64,000 bases of DNA from an uncultured Dialister sp. (GTDB lineage: Bacteria; Bacillota; Negativicutes; Veillonellales; Dialisteraceae). A program made the translations under genes and the position numbers. The notes beneath the pieces were generated by a model. It was not told the origin of the DNA. It saw only the letters and a program-made list of their open reading frames with translations, and did not search any database. The DNA lies in contig NZ_UPZP01000001.1 in NCBI RefSeq assembly GCF_900538805.1, positions 555 to 64,554 of the forward strand. Direction: 5' to 3'. Shown here in pieces: positions 38,281 to 47,583 of this stretch. Every line of letters begins with the position of its first letter. Positions within the stretch are counted from its first letter, which is position 1.

Positions 38281-38760
38281 ATGGTGAATAAGGAAATCGA
38301 AATGGAAAGACAGAAATCGGTGGAACTGACAAAGCAGTTTGCAGAGCAGGAAGGAAGACGTCCCCGTATGTACATTGCGGAAATGGAAGAGGATGGCTCA
38401 AAAGAACAAAGAAAGCTGGCTGCCACCACCTTTGCCGATGCCGGCTGGGACGTGGACGTGGGCTCCCTGGAAACGCCGGAAGATACAGCCCGAAGCGCCG
38501 TGGACAACGACGTCCATTTCATCTACTACACGTCGGACAGCCTAAACAGGGTGCATCTCCTCATAGAGCTGGAAAGGGCCCTCACCCTTCTGGGACGGGA
38601 TGATATCCTTATCGCCCTCCATCAGGGCACAGAAGGCGAAAAAGAAGACCTCTTCCGCTACGGTGTGGCCGCCGTCTTCCCCAGGGACTACCCCCTGGAA
38701 CAGGCAGGCCTCACCATGCTGGGTCTCCTCATGGCACAGGCTCAGGAAGAGGAGTCGTGA
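38281..38760 (+). CDS. Standalone B12-binding-domain homologue lacking the DxHxxG motif.
   Basis: Alignable to the mutB C-terminus (RPRMYIAEMEEDGSKEQRKLAATTFADAGWDVDVGSLETPEDTARSAVDNDVH versus [54 protein letters not shown]). The His ligand is replaced. The start may be ATG 38302 (AAGGA 7 nt upstream). Confidence 0.6.
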   Translation: MVNKEIEMERQKSVELTKQFAEQEGRRPRMYIAEMEEDGSKEQRKLAATTFADAGWDVDVGSLETPEDTARSAVDNDVHFIYYTSDSLNRVHLLIELERALTLLGRDDILIALHQGTEGEKEDLFRYGVAAVFPRDYPLEQAGLTMLGLLMAQAQEEES

Positions 38761-38764
38761 TAGT

Positions 38765-38930
38765 TGTTAGACGAAAGACGATAGAAGATAGAAGATAGAA
38801 GATAGAAGATAGAAGATAGAAGATAGAAGCAGGACATTGGAAGGATAGAGAATAAAAGAAAGATGGCTGCAGAAAACCTGCAGCCGGAAGCCAACAGCCA
38901 GTAACCGGAAGCCGATAACTCCCCTATTTT
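38765..38930. repeat. GATAGAA x ~8 and GCCGGAA-type heptamer tandems.
   Basis: gatagaagatagaagatagaag... followed by gcagccggaagccaacagccagtaaccggaagccgataac. Confidence 0.85.
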
Positions 38931-39026
38931 CCGTCGTCAATGACGCACCATTTCACCAGAAAGGACGTTTTCACTTCTACCTGCTGCGTCGTGTTGTCAA
39001 CACAGCTGGCGACGTATTTATGCAAT

Positions 39027-39058
39027 AAAAAAAGCAGTGCCGAAGCACTGCTTTTTTT
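39027..39058. terminator. Bidirectional Rho-independent terminator.
   Basis: aaaaaaagcagtgc-cgaa-gcactgcttttttt; serves the minus-strand decarboxylase operon and the plus-strand 38281 gene. Confidence 0.75.
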
Positions 39059-39078
39059 ATGCGTAGTTCAAGCTGGGA

Positions 39079-39495
39079 TTAGCCAACGGTGAACAGCGGA
39101 TCGCCGCCCTGTACGGACTGGCCTTCAGTAACCTGCATGGAGGTAACCTTGCCATCGCAAGGAGCCATGATCGGGTTGCCCATCTTCATAGCTTCCAGAA
39201 CGAGGACTTCGTCGCCGGCTGCTACTGCATCACCAACATGTTTGTTGATGCGGATAACTTTACCAGGCATCGGAGCTTCAACGGATTCGCCTGCACCTGC
39301 AGGAGCTGCTGCCGGAGCGGGAGCCGGAGCCGGTGCTGGAGCCGGAGCCGGAGCTGCTGCCGGAGCCGGAGCTGCTGCTGGAGCTGGAGCTGCTTTCGGA
39401 GCTGCTGCCGGAGCCGGAGCTGCTGCTGCAGCGCCGCCATCTTTAACTACTACATCGTAATCCTGGCCGTTAACTGTTACAGTAAATTTTCTCAT
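39079..39495 (-). CDS. mmdC: Biotin carboxyl carrier subunit (methylmalonyl-CoA decarboxylase gamma / 1.3S-like) with an Ala/Pro linker.
   Basis: C-terminal biotinyl domain with EAMKM; long (AP)n linker; AGGAGG 7 nt upstream. Confidence 0.9.
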   Translation of the reverse strand: MRKFTVTVNGQDYDVVVKDGGAAAAAPAPAAAPKAAPAPAAAPAPAAAPAPAPAPAPAPAPAAAPAGAGESVEAPMPGKVIRINKHVGDAVAAGDEVLVLEAMKMGNPIMAPCDGKVTSMQVTEGQSVQGGDPLFTVG

Positions 39496-39533
39496 TGTCT
39501 TTCCTCCTAAATGATTGTACTTTCAACTTTCAA

Positions 39534-39848
39534 TTAGAACTGCTGATTGCCGGAAACGCCCGCAATGCGGGCTGCGGTTGTCCAGCCGGTTCTAGCTGCC
39601 GGGCGGATGGAGACGATTTCGCCGCCACCCATAGCAACGATAGCAGCAGCGATAGCTGCTACGACTGCACCATTGTCAGCGGCTTTAGGAGCTGCTGCTG
39701 GAGCTGCAGCTGCTCTCTTGGGAGCTGCGGCCGGTGCCGGTGCTGCGGACTGATTGAGAGATGAACGTACCTGCCAGATCATGATCAGGGCAATTACTGC
39801 AACAACGGCAGCAAATACCGCGATATACATAACTGTACTGTTATCCAT
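39534..39848 (-). CDS. mmdD: Small membrane anchor subunit of the Na+-translocating decarboxylase (MmdD/OadG-like).
   Basis: An N-terminal transmembrane helix followed by an Ala/Pro-rich segment. ATG 39848 with AAAGGA upstream. The track ORF starts at an upstream TTG. Confidence 0.6.
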   Translation of the reverse strand: MDNSTVMYIAVFAAVVAVIALIMIWQVRSSLNQSAAPAPAAAPKRAAAAPAAAPKAADNGAVVAAIAAAIVAMGGGEIVSIRPAARTGWTTAARIAGVSGNQQF

Positions 39849-39889
39849 CTGTACCCATCCTTTCAATTAGAGTATTTAAGCGGCAAATA

Positions 39890-41419
39890 TTAGAGCGGAA
39901 TGTTTCCGTGTTTCTTTGCCGGGTGTACTTCGTGCTTGGAAGCAAGCATCTTCAGAGCATTGATAATTGTCGGACGAGTATTATGCGGATCAATAACTGC
40001 ATCTACATAGCCGCGTTCTGCAGCTTTGTAAGGAGTAGCGAATTCTTCCACATATTCCTTTGTACGCTGTTCTTTGTTCGGATCTTTCTTGAAGATGATG
40101 TTAGCTGCACCTGCAGGTCCCATAACAGCGATTTCAGCGGTCGGCCAAGCGAATACCTGGTCAGCGCCCTGTTCACGGGAGCACATAGCGATGTAGGAGC
40201 CGCCGTATGCTTTACGGAGAATCATGGTGATCTTCGGAACGGTAGCTTCGCAGTAAGCGAACAGCATCTTAGCGCCGTGACGAATTACGCCGGCATATTC
40301 CTGCTGTTTGCCGGGCAGGAAGCCTGGTACGTCGACGATGTTAAGAACCGGAATGTTGAAGCAGTCGCAGAAACGAATGAAACGAGCTGCTTTATCAGAT
40401 GCGTTGTAGTCAAGGCAGCCTGCCATGAATGCCGGCTGGTTAGCAATGATACCAACAGTCTGTCCGTCCATACGAGCGAAGCAGGTGATGATGTTCTTTG
40501 CGAATTCCTTAGCTACATCGTAGTATTCGCCGTTATCTACAATGGACTTAATAACATCGTACATGTTATATGGAGCATTGGAGCTTTCAGGCATAATGGT
40601 GTCGAGAGCCGGATCGGTTCTGGTGGGATCATCACCGGTTTCAACGATAGGAGCATCTTCCATGTTGTTGGACGGCAGGAAGGAGAGCAGGTAACGAATC
40701 TGTTTAATGCAGTCTTCGTCGTTTTCAGCTGCGAACTGAGCTACACCGGAAGTACGGTTGTGGGTCATTGCGCCGCCGAGTGCTTCAGCTGTAATCTTTT
40801 CACCTGTTACGGATTCAACAACAGCCGGGCCGGTCAGGAACATCTGGGATGTTTTCTTAACCATGTAAATGAAGTCGGTCAGAGCCGGGGAGTATACAGC
40901 GCCGCCTGCAGATGGTCCCATGATTGCGGAAATCTGAGGAATAACGCCGGATGCAATGGTGTTGCACCAGAAAATCTTGCCGTAGCCGGAGAGGGCATCG
41001 ACAGCTTCCTGAATACGAGCTCCGCCGGAATCGTTCAGGCCTACGCAAGGTGCACCGACTTTCAGAGCCAGTTCATTTACGTGAACGATTTTAGCTGCAT
41101 GCATTTCACCAAGGGAGCCGCCTTCAACGGTGAAGTCCTGAGCGAATGCAAATACAAGTCTTCCATCAACAGTGCCGTAGCCTGTTACTACACCTTCACC
41201 AGGGAGATCTTTCTTTTCCTGGCCGAAGTTGTGGCAGCGGGATTTTACAAGGGCATTAACTTCTACGAAAGTGCCTTCATCAAACAGAAGAGCAAGTCTT
41301 TCACGAGCAGTCAGTTTGCCTTTTGCATGCTGTTTTTCAACACGTTTTTCGCCACCCATAGCCTCTACATGAGCGAGGTTTTTATGGAGAAGTTCAATTC
41401 TTTCTTCAACAGTTGCCAT
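39890..41419 (-). CDS. mmdA: Methylmalonyl-CoA decarboxylase alpha subunit (carboxyltransferase).
   Basis: Carboxyl_trans domain across the full length (the ERIELLHKN..GGEKRVEKQHAKGKLTARERL N-terminus is typical of PCC-beta and MmdA). Confidence 0.95.
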   Translation of the reverse strand: MATVEERIELLHKNLAHVEAMGGEKRVEKQHAKGKLTARERLALLFDEGTFVEVNALVKSRCHNFGQEKKDLPGEGVVTGYGTVDGRLVFAFAQDFTVEGGSLGEMHAAKIVHVNELALKVGAPCVGLNDSGGARIQEAVDALSGYGKIFWCNTIASGVIPQISAIMGPSAGGAVYSPALTDFIYMVKKTSQMFLTGPAVVESVTGEKITAEALGGAMTHNRTSGVAQFAAENDEDCIKQIRYLLSFLPSNNMEDAPIVETGDDPTRTDPALDTIMPESSNAPYNMYDVIKSIVDNGEYYDVAKEFAKNIITCFARMDGQTVGIIANQPAFMAGCLDYNASDKAARFIRFCDCFNIPVLNIVDVPGFLPGKQQEYAGVIRHGAKMLFAYCEATVPKITMILRKAYGGSYIAMCSREQGADQVFAWPTAEIAVMGPAGAANIIFKKDPNKEQRTKEYVEEFATPYKAAERGYVDAVIDPHNTRPTIINALKMLASKHEVHPAKKHGNIPL

Positions 41420-41501
41420 TCTTACACCTCCAAAAATTTTAGGGTCCCCCGCAGGGGGGGATGAGCTGTCAGGACTGACAGCTCATATGCCATCATTCAA
41501 A

Positions 41502-41954
41502 TTATTTCTTGAAGGATGGGCCGCCGGGGCGTTCTGTCAGTTCAAGCAGAAGGCCAGTTGCCTTTGGATGCAAGAATGCAATATGACAGCCGCCTGCACC
41601 AACACGGAACTTCTTGTCGATGAGCGGAACTTCTTTAGCCTGCAGATCAGCCAGAGCAGCTTCGATGTCATCTACACGGAGAGCAACATGCTGGAAGCCG
41701 TTCTTGCCGCCATTAGCTTTTTCAATGAAACGAGCAATCGGGCCGTCCGGAGTGGTGGAACCCAGGAATTCGAGTTCGCAAGCTTCGGTCTGAGCGGAAG
41801 GTTTGAAGAAGCTTGTGGTTACATGCTGTTCTTCAACGGTTTCATCCGGCAGAGAAGGTTCAAGTCCGAAAATGTCTTTCATCTGCTGTTTAATCTTTGC
41901 GAGATCTTTAACAGCTACGCCAACATGATCGACAGTTAAAACTTTGAATGCCAT
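41502..41954 (-). CDS. mce: Methylmalonyl-CoA epimerase (glyoxalase/VOC family).
   Basis: MAFKVLTVDHVGVAVKDL... with two VOC modules. AAAGGAGGAG upstream of ATG 41954. The track ORF starts 45 codons earlier. Confidence 0.85.
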   Translation of the reverse strand: MAFKVLTVDHVGVAVKDLAKIKQQMKDIFGLEPSLPDETVEEQHVTTSFFKPSAQTEACELEFLGSTTPDGPIARFIEKANGGKNGFQHVALRVDDIEAALADLQAKEVPLIDKKFRVGAGGCHIAFLHPKATGLLLELTERPGGPSFKK

Positions 41955-41973
41955 AATAACTCCTCCTTTAAAA

Positions 41974-42912
41974 TTATTTGAATATTTTGCCCACGATGGA
42001 ATCAACGACTGTGTACGGATCGGTTTTCCGTTCAAAGACTTGTTCCACGTAGTCATTAAATTCACCCGTCTTGGAGATATTTTCTTCAATATGACGGGAA
42101 ATGCGGTCGTGAATCATTTCAAGCATTTCGGAGCGAGCCCGATCGCGTCTTCTTTCATCAAGAACGCCGGATTCTTCCAAGTACTTGCGATGATCACCCA
42201 GGGCTGCTACTACATCATCTACACCCTGGTCTTTGTTCGCAATCGTCCGTTCAATCGGAGGACGCCAGTTCTGGGCTTCGCCTAAATCCAGCATCATTTC
42301 GATTTCAACGTTCAGACGATCTGCGCCGTCACGATCACATTTATTGATGACAAATACATCACCAATTTCGAGGATACCTGCTTTGATAGCCTGAATATCG
42401 TCACCAAGTCCAGGTACGAGCACAACAAGTGTTGTATCCGCATTTTTGACGATATCGACTTCTGACTGTCCTACGCCTACTGTTTCGATGAAAATTACAT
42501 CGAGACCGAAAGCATCCATCAGTTTTACCGCATCAGCTGTCTTGCGGGAAAGTCCCCCAAGGCTGCCGCGCGTGCCCATACTACGGATATAAACACCCTT
42601 ATCCAAGGTCAGGTCGTTCATTCTGATACGGTCGCCGAGGATGGCGCCGCCGGAGAACGGACTGGTAGGATCGACTGCAACGATACCTACGGTTTTACCC
42701 TGTTCACGGTACTTCTTGATCAGGGCATCTGACAGTGTGCTCTTACCCGCACCAGGTGCACCAGTGATACCGATGACCTGTGCACGACCGGTATGATGAT
42801 AGATATCTTTCATGATATCTTCAAAACCATCCCGTTCGTCTTCAACGATGGTAATTGCTCTCGCTAAGGCACGTCTGTTTCCATTCCAAAAATCTTTCAT
42901 TGAGAATTCCAT
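41974..42912 (-). CDS. meaB: Second MeaB/ArgK-type mutase-associated GTPase.
   Basis: P-loop GAPGAGKST, DPTSPFSGGAILGD, NKCD. ATG 42912 (MEFSMKDFW). Confidence 0.85.
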   Translation of the reverse strand: MEFSMKDFWNGNRRALARAITIVEDERDGFEDIMKDIYHHTGRAQVIGITGAPGAGKSTLSDALIKKYREQGKTVGIVAVDPTSPFSGGAILGDRIRMNDLTLDKGVYIRSMGTRGSLGGLSRKTADAVKLMDAFGLDVIFIETVGVGQSEVDIVKNADTTLVVLVPGLGDDIQAIKAGILEIGDVFVINKCDRDGADRLNVEIEMMLDLGEAQNWRPPIERTIANKDQGVDDVVAALGDHRKYLEESGVLDERRRDRARSEMLEMIHDRISRHIEENISKTGEFNDYVEQVFERKTDPYTVVDSIVGKIFK

Positions 42913-43033
42913 GGATACACCGCCTTTTCGAAGAGTAAAGAGAAATAATATAGTTGCAAGGGGCTGAGGATTGCCCCCAGTCCCAAGCAGCCACATTACA
43001 CCATAACGCTAGTCAATAACAGCTGTAAGCAGA

Positions 43034-43432
43034 TTATTTCTTAACGTTTTCTTTGATGAAGTCAATAACTTTCTTTGTTGGGGTGCCAGGTGTGAAGATA
43101 GCTTTTACGCCAGCTTTTTCGAGGCCCGGGATATCGTCTTCGGGGATTACGCCGCCGCCGATAACCAGAACGTCGCCCATTCCTTTAGCTTTCAGTGCTT
43201 CTACAACTTCCGGGAAAAGGGTGTTGTGAGCGCCGGAGAGCAGGGACAGAGCTACTACATCAACGTCTTCTGCGTCTGCTGCTTCAACAATCTGTTCTAC
43301 AGTCTGACGAAGACCGGTGTAAATAACTTCCATGCCTGCGTCGCGAAGTGCACGGGCAATAACTTTTGCACCACGATCGTGTCCATCAAGACCCGGTTTA
43401 GCTACGAGTACTCTGATACGTTTGTCTGCCAT
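43034..43432 (-). CDS. Acyl-CoA mutase small subunit (standalone cobalamin-binding domain).
   Basis: 132 aa with DGHDRG and GGVIP motifs; GGAGG upstream. Confidence 0.9.
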   Translation of the reverse strand: MADKRIRVLVAKPGLDGHDRGAKVIARALRDAGMEVIYTGLRQTVEQIVEAADAEDVDVVALSLLSGAHNTLFPEVVEALKAKGMGDVLVIGGGVIPEDDIPGLEKAGVKAIFTPGTPTKKVIDFIKENVKK

Positions 43433-43496
43433 TGTAAATTACCTCCAGAAATATGTTGAGTAATGTAATATTCTCTTGCTTCAGGCTGCCCTAAGA

Positions 43497-45158
43497 TTAA
43501 AGGGTGTTGTGCGGTTTGTATTCGCCGAATACTTTACGGAGAACGCCGCAGATTTCGCCTTCGGTGCAGTAAGCACGTACGCAGTCGAGGATGACTGGCA
43601 TAAGGTTAACATGGTCAGGACCTTCAGCCGGAGTCTGAGCTGCTTTTTCAAGTTTAGCCAGTTCTTCAGCAACCTTAGCCTGGTCACGGTTTTCCTTATC
43701 CTTAGCGAGCTGAGCTTTCTTTCTTTCGCCAACGGAAGCATCAATCTTCAGCAGGCCGGTAACCGGCGGTTCTTCCATGGTGAACTTGTTGACGCCAACG
43801 ATTGTTCTTTCGCCGGATTCAACAGCCATCTGCCAAGCATAAGCAGAATCCTGAATTTCTTTCTGGATGTAGCCTTTATCAATAGCTTCTACAGCGCCGC
43901 CCATTTCGTCAATCTTCTTGATGTAAGCCATAACTTCTTCTTCGATGGCGTTGGTCAGTGCTTCAACATAGTAGGAGCCGCCGAGCGGATCAACTACGTC
44001 AGCCAGGCCGGATTCGTAAGCAACGATCTGCTGGGTACGGAGAGCGATGGTTACGGATTCAGTGGTCGGAAGAGCCAGAGCTTCATCGCGGGAGTTGGTG
44101 TGCAGGGACTGGGTGCCGCCCATAACTGCTGCTGCGGTCTGGAGAGCAACACGGATGATGTTGTTGTTCGGCTGCTGAGCGGTCAGCATGGAGCCTGCGG
44201 TCTGGGTGTGGAAACGAAGTTTCATGGACTTCGGGTTTTCAGCATGGAATCTTTCTTTCAGGATTCTAGCCCAGATACGACGGGAAGCACGGAACTTAGC
44301 AACTTCTTCGAGTACGTTGTTGTGAGCGTTCCAGAAGAAGGACAGACGTGGAGCGAATTCATCAATCTTCATGCCTGCTTTCAGAGCTGCTTCGATGTAA
44401 GCAATACCATCGGCAATGGTGAATGCAACTTCCTGAGCAGCGGTGGAACCAGCTTCACGGATATGGTAGCCGGAAATGGAAATGGTGTTCCACTTCGGTA
44501 CGTTTGCGGAGCAGTATTCGAAGATATCGGTAATCAGACGCATGGACGGTTTAACCGGGAAAATGTAGGTGCCGCGTGCTGCGTATTCCTTGAGGATATC
44601 GTTCTGAATGGTGCCGCGGAGTGCGGATGCCGGAACGCCCTGTTTTTCAGCTACTGCAATGTACATAGCCAGCAGGACGGAAGCCGGTGCGTTGATGGTC
44701 ATGGAAGTGGAAACTTTGCCAAGATCAATGCCGTCGAACAGTCTTTCCATATCGTAGAGGGAGTCGATAGCTACGCCTACTTTACCAACTTCGCCAGCAG
44801 ACATTTTGTCATCGGAGTCATAGCCGATCTGGGTCGGGAGGTCGAATGCAACGGACAGGCCGGTGCCGCCGTTAGCAATCAGGTATTTATAACGTTTGTT
44901 GGATTCTTCAGCGGTGGAGAAGCCAGCGTACATACGCATGGTCCACAGACGGCCGCGATACATGGTGGGCTGTACGCCACGGGTGTATGGATATTCACCA
45001 GGGAAACCGAGGTCTCTTTCATAGTCGAAACCTTCGAGATCGAGTGGTGTGTACAGGTTCTTATGTTTCAGACCAACTCTTTCCGGATGTTTTGCAACCT
45101 GTTTTGCATATTCTGCATTGTAGGCATCAAGTTTAGCTTTCAGGGATTCGTTAGACAT
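43497..45158 (-). CDS. Acyl-CoA (methylmalonyl-CoA-type) mutase large catalytic subunit, lacking a B12 domain (split mutase).
   Basis: TIM-barrel mutase domain ([40 protein letters not shown]); ends without a cobalamin domain. AGGAGG upstream. Confidence 0.9.
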   Translation of the reverse strand: MSNESLKAKLDAYNAEYAKQVAKHPERVGLKHKNLYTPLDLEGFDYERDLGFPGEYPYTRGVQPTMYRGRLWTMRMYAGFSTAEESNKRYKYLIANGGTGLSVAFDLPTQIGYDSDDKMSAGEVGKVGVAIDSLYDMERLFDGIDLGKVSTSMTINAPASVLLAMYIAVAEKQGVPASALRGTIQNDILKEYAARGTYIFPVKPSMRLITDIFEYCSANVPKWNTISISGYHIREAGSTAAQEVAFTIADGIAYIEAALKAGMKIDEFAPRLSFFWNAHNNVLEEVAKFRASRRIWARILKERFHAENPKSMKLRFHTQTAGSMLTAQQPNNNIIRVALQTAAAVMGGTQSLHTNSRDEALALPTTESVTIALRTQQIVAYESGLADVVDPLGGSYYVEALTNAIEEEVMAYIKKIDEMGGAVEAIDKGYIQKEIQDSAYAWQMAVESGERTIVGVNKFTMEEPPVTGLLKIDASVGERKKAQLAKDKENRDQAKVAEELAKLEKAAQTPAEGPDHVNLMPVILDCVRAYCTEGEICGVLRKVFGEYKPHNTL

Positions 45159-45365
45159 GAGTTCATCTTCCTCCTAAAAAAGTAAGTATGTAACTATCTG
45201 GAAGTCTGTCCCTTTTTCATGGGAACCGCGGCTTTGTGCTCTTCTTGTTCCATTTCCGGGGAAAACTTCCGTCAGGGTTCCGCAAAGGCTTTCGCTGCTG
45301 CAGCGATCGTTTGAATCTTCTTGCAGCAGCTTTCGGACTCTTGCGAGACCCATGTGTATGACACT
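45159..45365 (-). promoter_or_regulatory. ~200-nt structured 5' leader of the split-mutase operon.
   Basis: Lies between the predicted promoter and the SD. Contains a 9-bp hairpin gcugcugca..ugcagcagc and other GC helices. Confidence 0.35.
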
Positions 45366-45390
45366 GTCATTGACAGCTATCACCATAGGT

Positions 45391-45418
45391 AATTATACAA
45401 TATTTGGATTATTTGTAA
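45391..45418 (-). promoter_or_regulatory. Putative sigma-70 promoter for the split-mutase operon.
   Basis: Minus strand reads TTTACA-16-TGtATAAT (extended -10). Confidence 0.45.
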
Positions 45419-45447
45419 AGTATTAAAGCACTTCTTGAAAAATTAAA

Positions 45448-46995
45448 TTATTTCTTGAAATGCATATCTCCGGTTTCAGCCAGGCTTTCATGGAATTTGA
45501 ATGCTTCCTGGAGGAGATGCGGGGTCTGGCTGTTGCCGCAGGCAGCGCATGCTCTTTCGTAGTAATCCATGAGCTGATCTCTGAAGGACGGATGAGCAAC
45601 GTTGTTGATGATAACCTTTGCTCTTTCCTTCGGGGTCAGGCCGCGAACATCTGCAACACCCTGTTCAGAGATGAATACATGGGTATCATGTTCGGTGTGG
45701 TCAACATGGGAGCACATCGGAACAACTGCAGAAATCTTGCCGCCCTTTGTGGTGCTGTGGCAGAAGAAGCAGGACAGGAATGCGTTGCGGGCGAAGTCGC
45801 CGGAGCCGCCGATACCGTTCATCAGCTTGGTGCCAGTTACATGGGTGGAGTTTACATGGCCGTAAATATCCATTTCCAGAGCGGTGTTCATGCCGATAAC
45901 GCCGATACGACGAACAACTTCACCGTTGTTGGAAATTTCCTGCGGACGAAGAACGATCTTCTTGTTGTACTTCTGGATGTTAGCATAGAAGCGTTTCAGT
46001 CCATCCGGGGATGGGGACAGGGAAGTACCGGAAATCATGTCGATCTTGTCTTTATCAATCAGGTCGAACATGCCATCCTGAATAACTTCGGTGTATACGG
46101 AGAGGTTCTTGAAATCGGATTCAACGAGGCCGTGAATAACAGCGTTTGCTACGTTGCCTACGCCGGACTGCAGTGGAAGCAGGTTTTCCGGCAGTCTTCC
46201 GTGTTTTACTTCGTTCTTCAGGAAGTCAACCAGGTTGTTGCCCATAGCTTCTGCATCATCATCCAGCGGAGCCAGTGTACGGGTTACATCAGGCATATCG
46301 CATGGAACGATAGCAACGATCTTTGCGGGATCGCAAGGAATGTACGGGGTGCCTACGCGGTCGCCGGCGTGGAGAATCGGAATCGGTTCACAGAATGGCG
46401 GATTCTTACGCATGTAAATATCAGCCATGCCTACCAGGTCCAGCGGCTGGGTGGTGTTGACTTCTACAATGACTTTCTTTGCAGTGTCAACATATACCGG
46501 AGAGTTGCCGATAGCGGTTGTCGGATAAAGTTCGCCGTTCGGTCCGATCTTGCAGACTTCAACTACTGCAAAATCCGGGCCTGTTACATGTTCACCCTTT
46601 ACGTTGGTGAAGAAGCCGGCACGTACCTGCTGTGCAACATGGGACAGGTGCAGATCGTAGTAGTTTACCTTGCCTGCATTGATAGCTTTTCTCAGGTTGG
46701 CATTGGTCTGGTAAGGCATACGGTTTCTGATGCCGTTTACAGCAACCAGTTCGGTATCAATCTGGGAACCGGTGGATGCGCCGGTCCAGATGTCGACCTG
46801 GAATGGAGTCTCTTTCATGCGTTCTGCGAGTTCATGCATTGTAATTTTCGGATAGCCGCAGGGCGTAAATCCGGAAATACCGATGATATCGCCAGCACTG
46901 AACATTTTAGCTGCAGTCTTGGCATCGCATACCTTGGAGAGAAGACCTTTGTCTTCGATTCTGCTAAGGAATTCACTATCATTGGTGTCGATCAT
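45448..46995 (-). CDS. Succinyl-CoA:propionate (acetate) CoA-transferase, AcH/Cat1/ScpC family.
   Basis: Acetyl-CoA hydrolase/transferase N- and C-domains. ATG 46995 (MIDTNDSEF) with GGGAGG 9 nt upstream. The track ORF starts upstream without an SD. Confidence 0.88.
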   Translation of the reverse strand: MIDTNDSEFLSRIEDKGLLSKVCDAKTAAKMFSAGDIIGISGFTPCGYPKITMHELAERMKETPFQVDIWTGASTGSQIDTELVAVNGIRNRMPYQTNANLRKAINAGKVNYYDLHLSHVAQQVRAGFFTNVKGEHVTGPDFAVVEVCKIGPNGELYPTTAIGNSPVYVDTAKKVIVEVNTTQPLDLVGMADIYMRKNPPFCEPIPILHAGDRVGTPYIPCDPAKIVAIVPCDMPDVTRTLAPLDDDAEAMGNNLVDFLKNEVKHGRLPENLLPLQSGVGNVANAVIHGLVESDFKNLSVYTEVIQDGMFDLIDKDKIDMISGTSLSPSPDGLKRFYANIQKYNKKIVLRPQEISNNGEVVRRIGVIGMNTALEMDIYGHVNSTHVTGTKLMNGIGGSGDFARNAFLSCFFCHSTTKGGKISAVVPMCSHVDHTEHDTHVFISEQGVADVRGLTPKERAKVIINNVAHPSFRDQLMDYYERACAACGNSQTPHLLQEAFKFHESLAETGDMHFKK

Positions 46996-47489
46996 TACTA
47001 TCATCCTCCCAAAAATGAAAAATAAATTATATAAAAGTCCGCAGCCGCAAAACCTGATGACTCTCGTCAGCATTGCCGCAGAACTTTTTACCCTCAAAAA
47101 AAACAGCCGCCTAATCCATGTGGAATGAGTTCATCTTAAGATTATGTATCTCCGGAAACAGTAATACTATAATCACAAGACCAAACCCTCCAATCGTAAG
47201 ATTTTGCTGACTGCATTTTGGCTCATTCAATCACCAGTATTATTATAACACACTTTTCCCTATGAAAACCCCCTAAATGAACCATTTGTCTTACAAAATC
47301 CTTTTTACCCATTATAAATAATTCCTATTAGACAAATTATGGATTACGTGACCCATAACCCTATATTTACAAATGCCTCGATTAATTGACGCAAAATTAA
47401 TTGAAATATTTCCATCTATAGCCTTCCATGACATGTATATGGAAATTTATGAATCGCGCCAAAATCATGTATGAATGGGGAAAAGGATT

Positions 47490-47583
47490 AGTGAGCTAGT
47501 GATCTAGTGATCTAGTGAGCTAGTGAGCTAGTGAGCTAGTCCACCAGCCCACTAGTACACTAGCCCACCAGTACACCAGTTCA
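47490..47583. repeat. CTAGTGA / CCACTAG-type tandem array.
   Basis: gtgagctagtgatctagtgatctagtgagctagtgagctagtgagctagtccaccagcccactag... ends at the stop codon of the ligase gene. Confidence 0.85.

Noticed and set aside
39238-39420. Low-complexity GC-rich DNA (gctgccggagccgga...) that could be mistaken for a tandem DNA repeat or mobile element.
   Set aside because: It encodes the (Ala-Pro)n flexible linker of the biotin carboxyl carrier protein, a normal feature of BCCP and decarboxylase gamma subunits. The same applies to 39600-39760 in the delta subunit.
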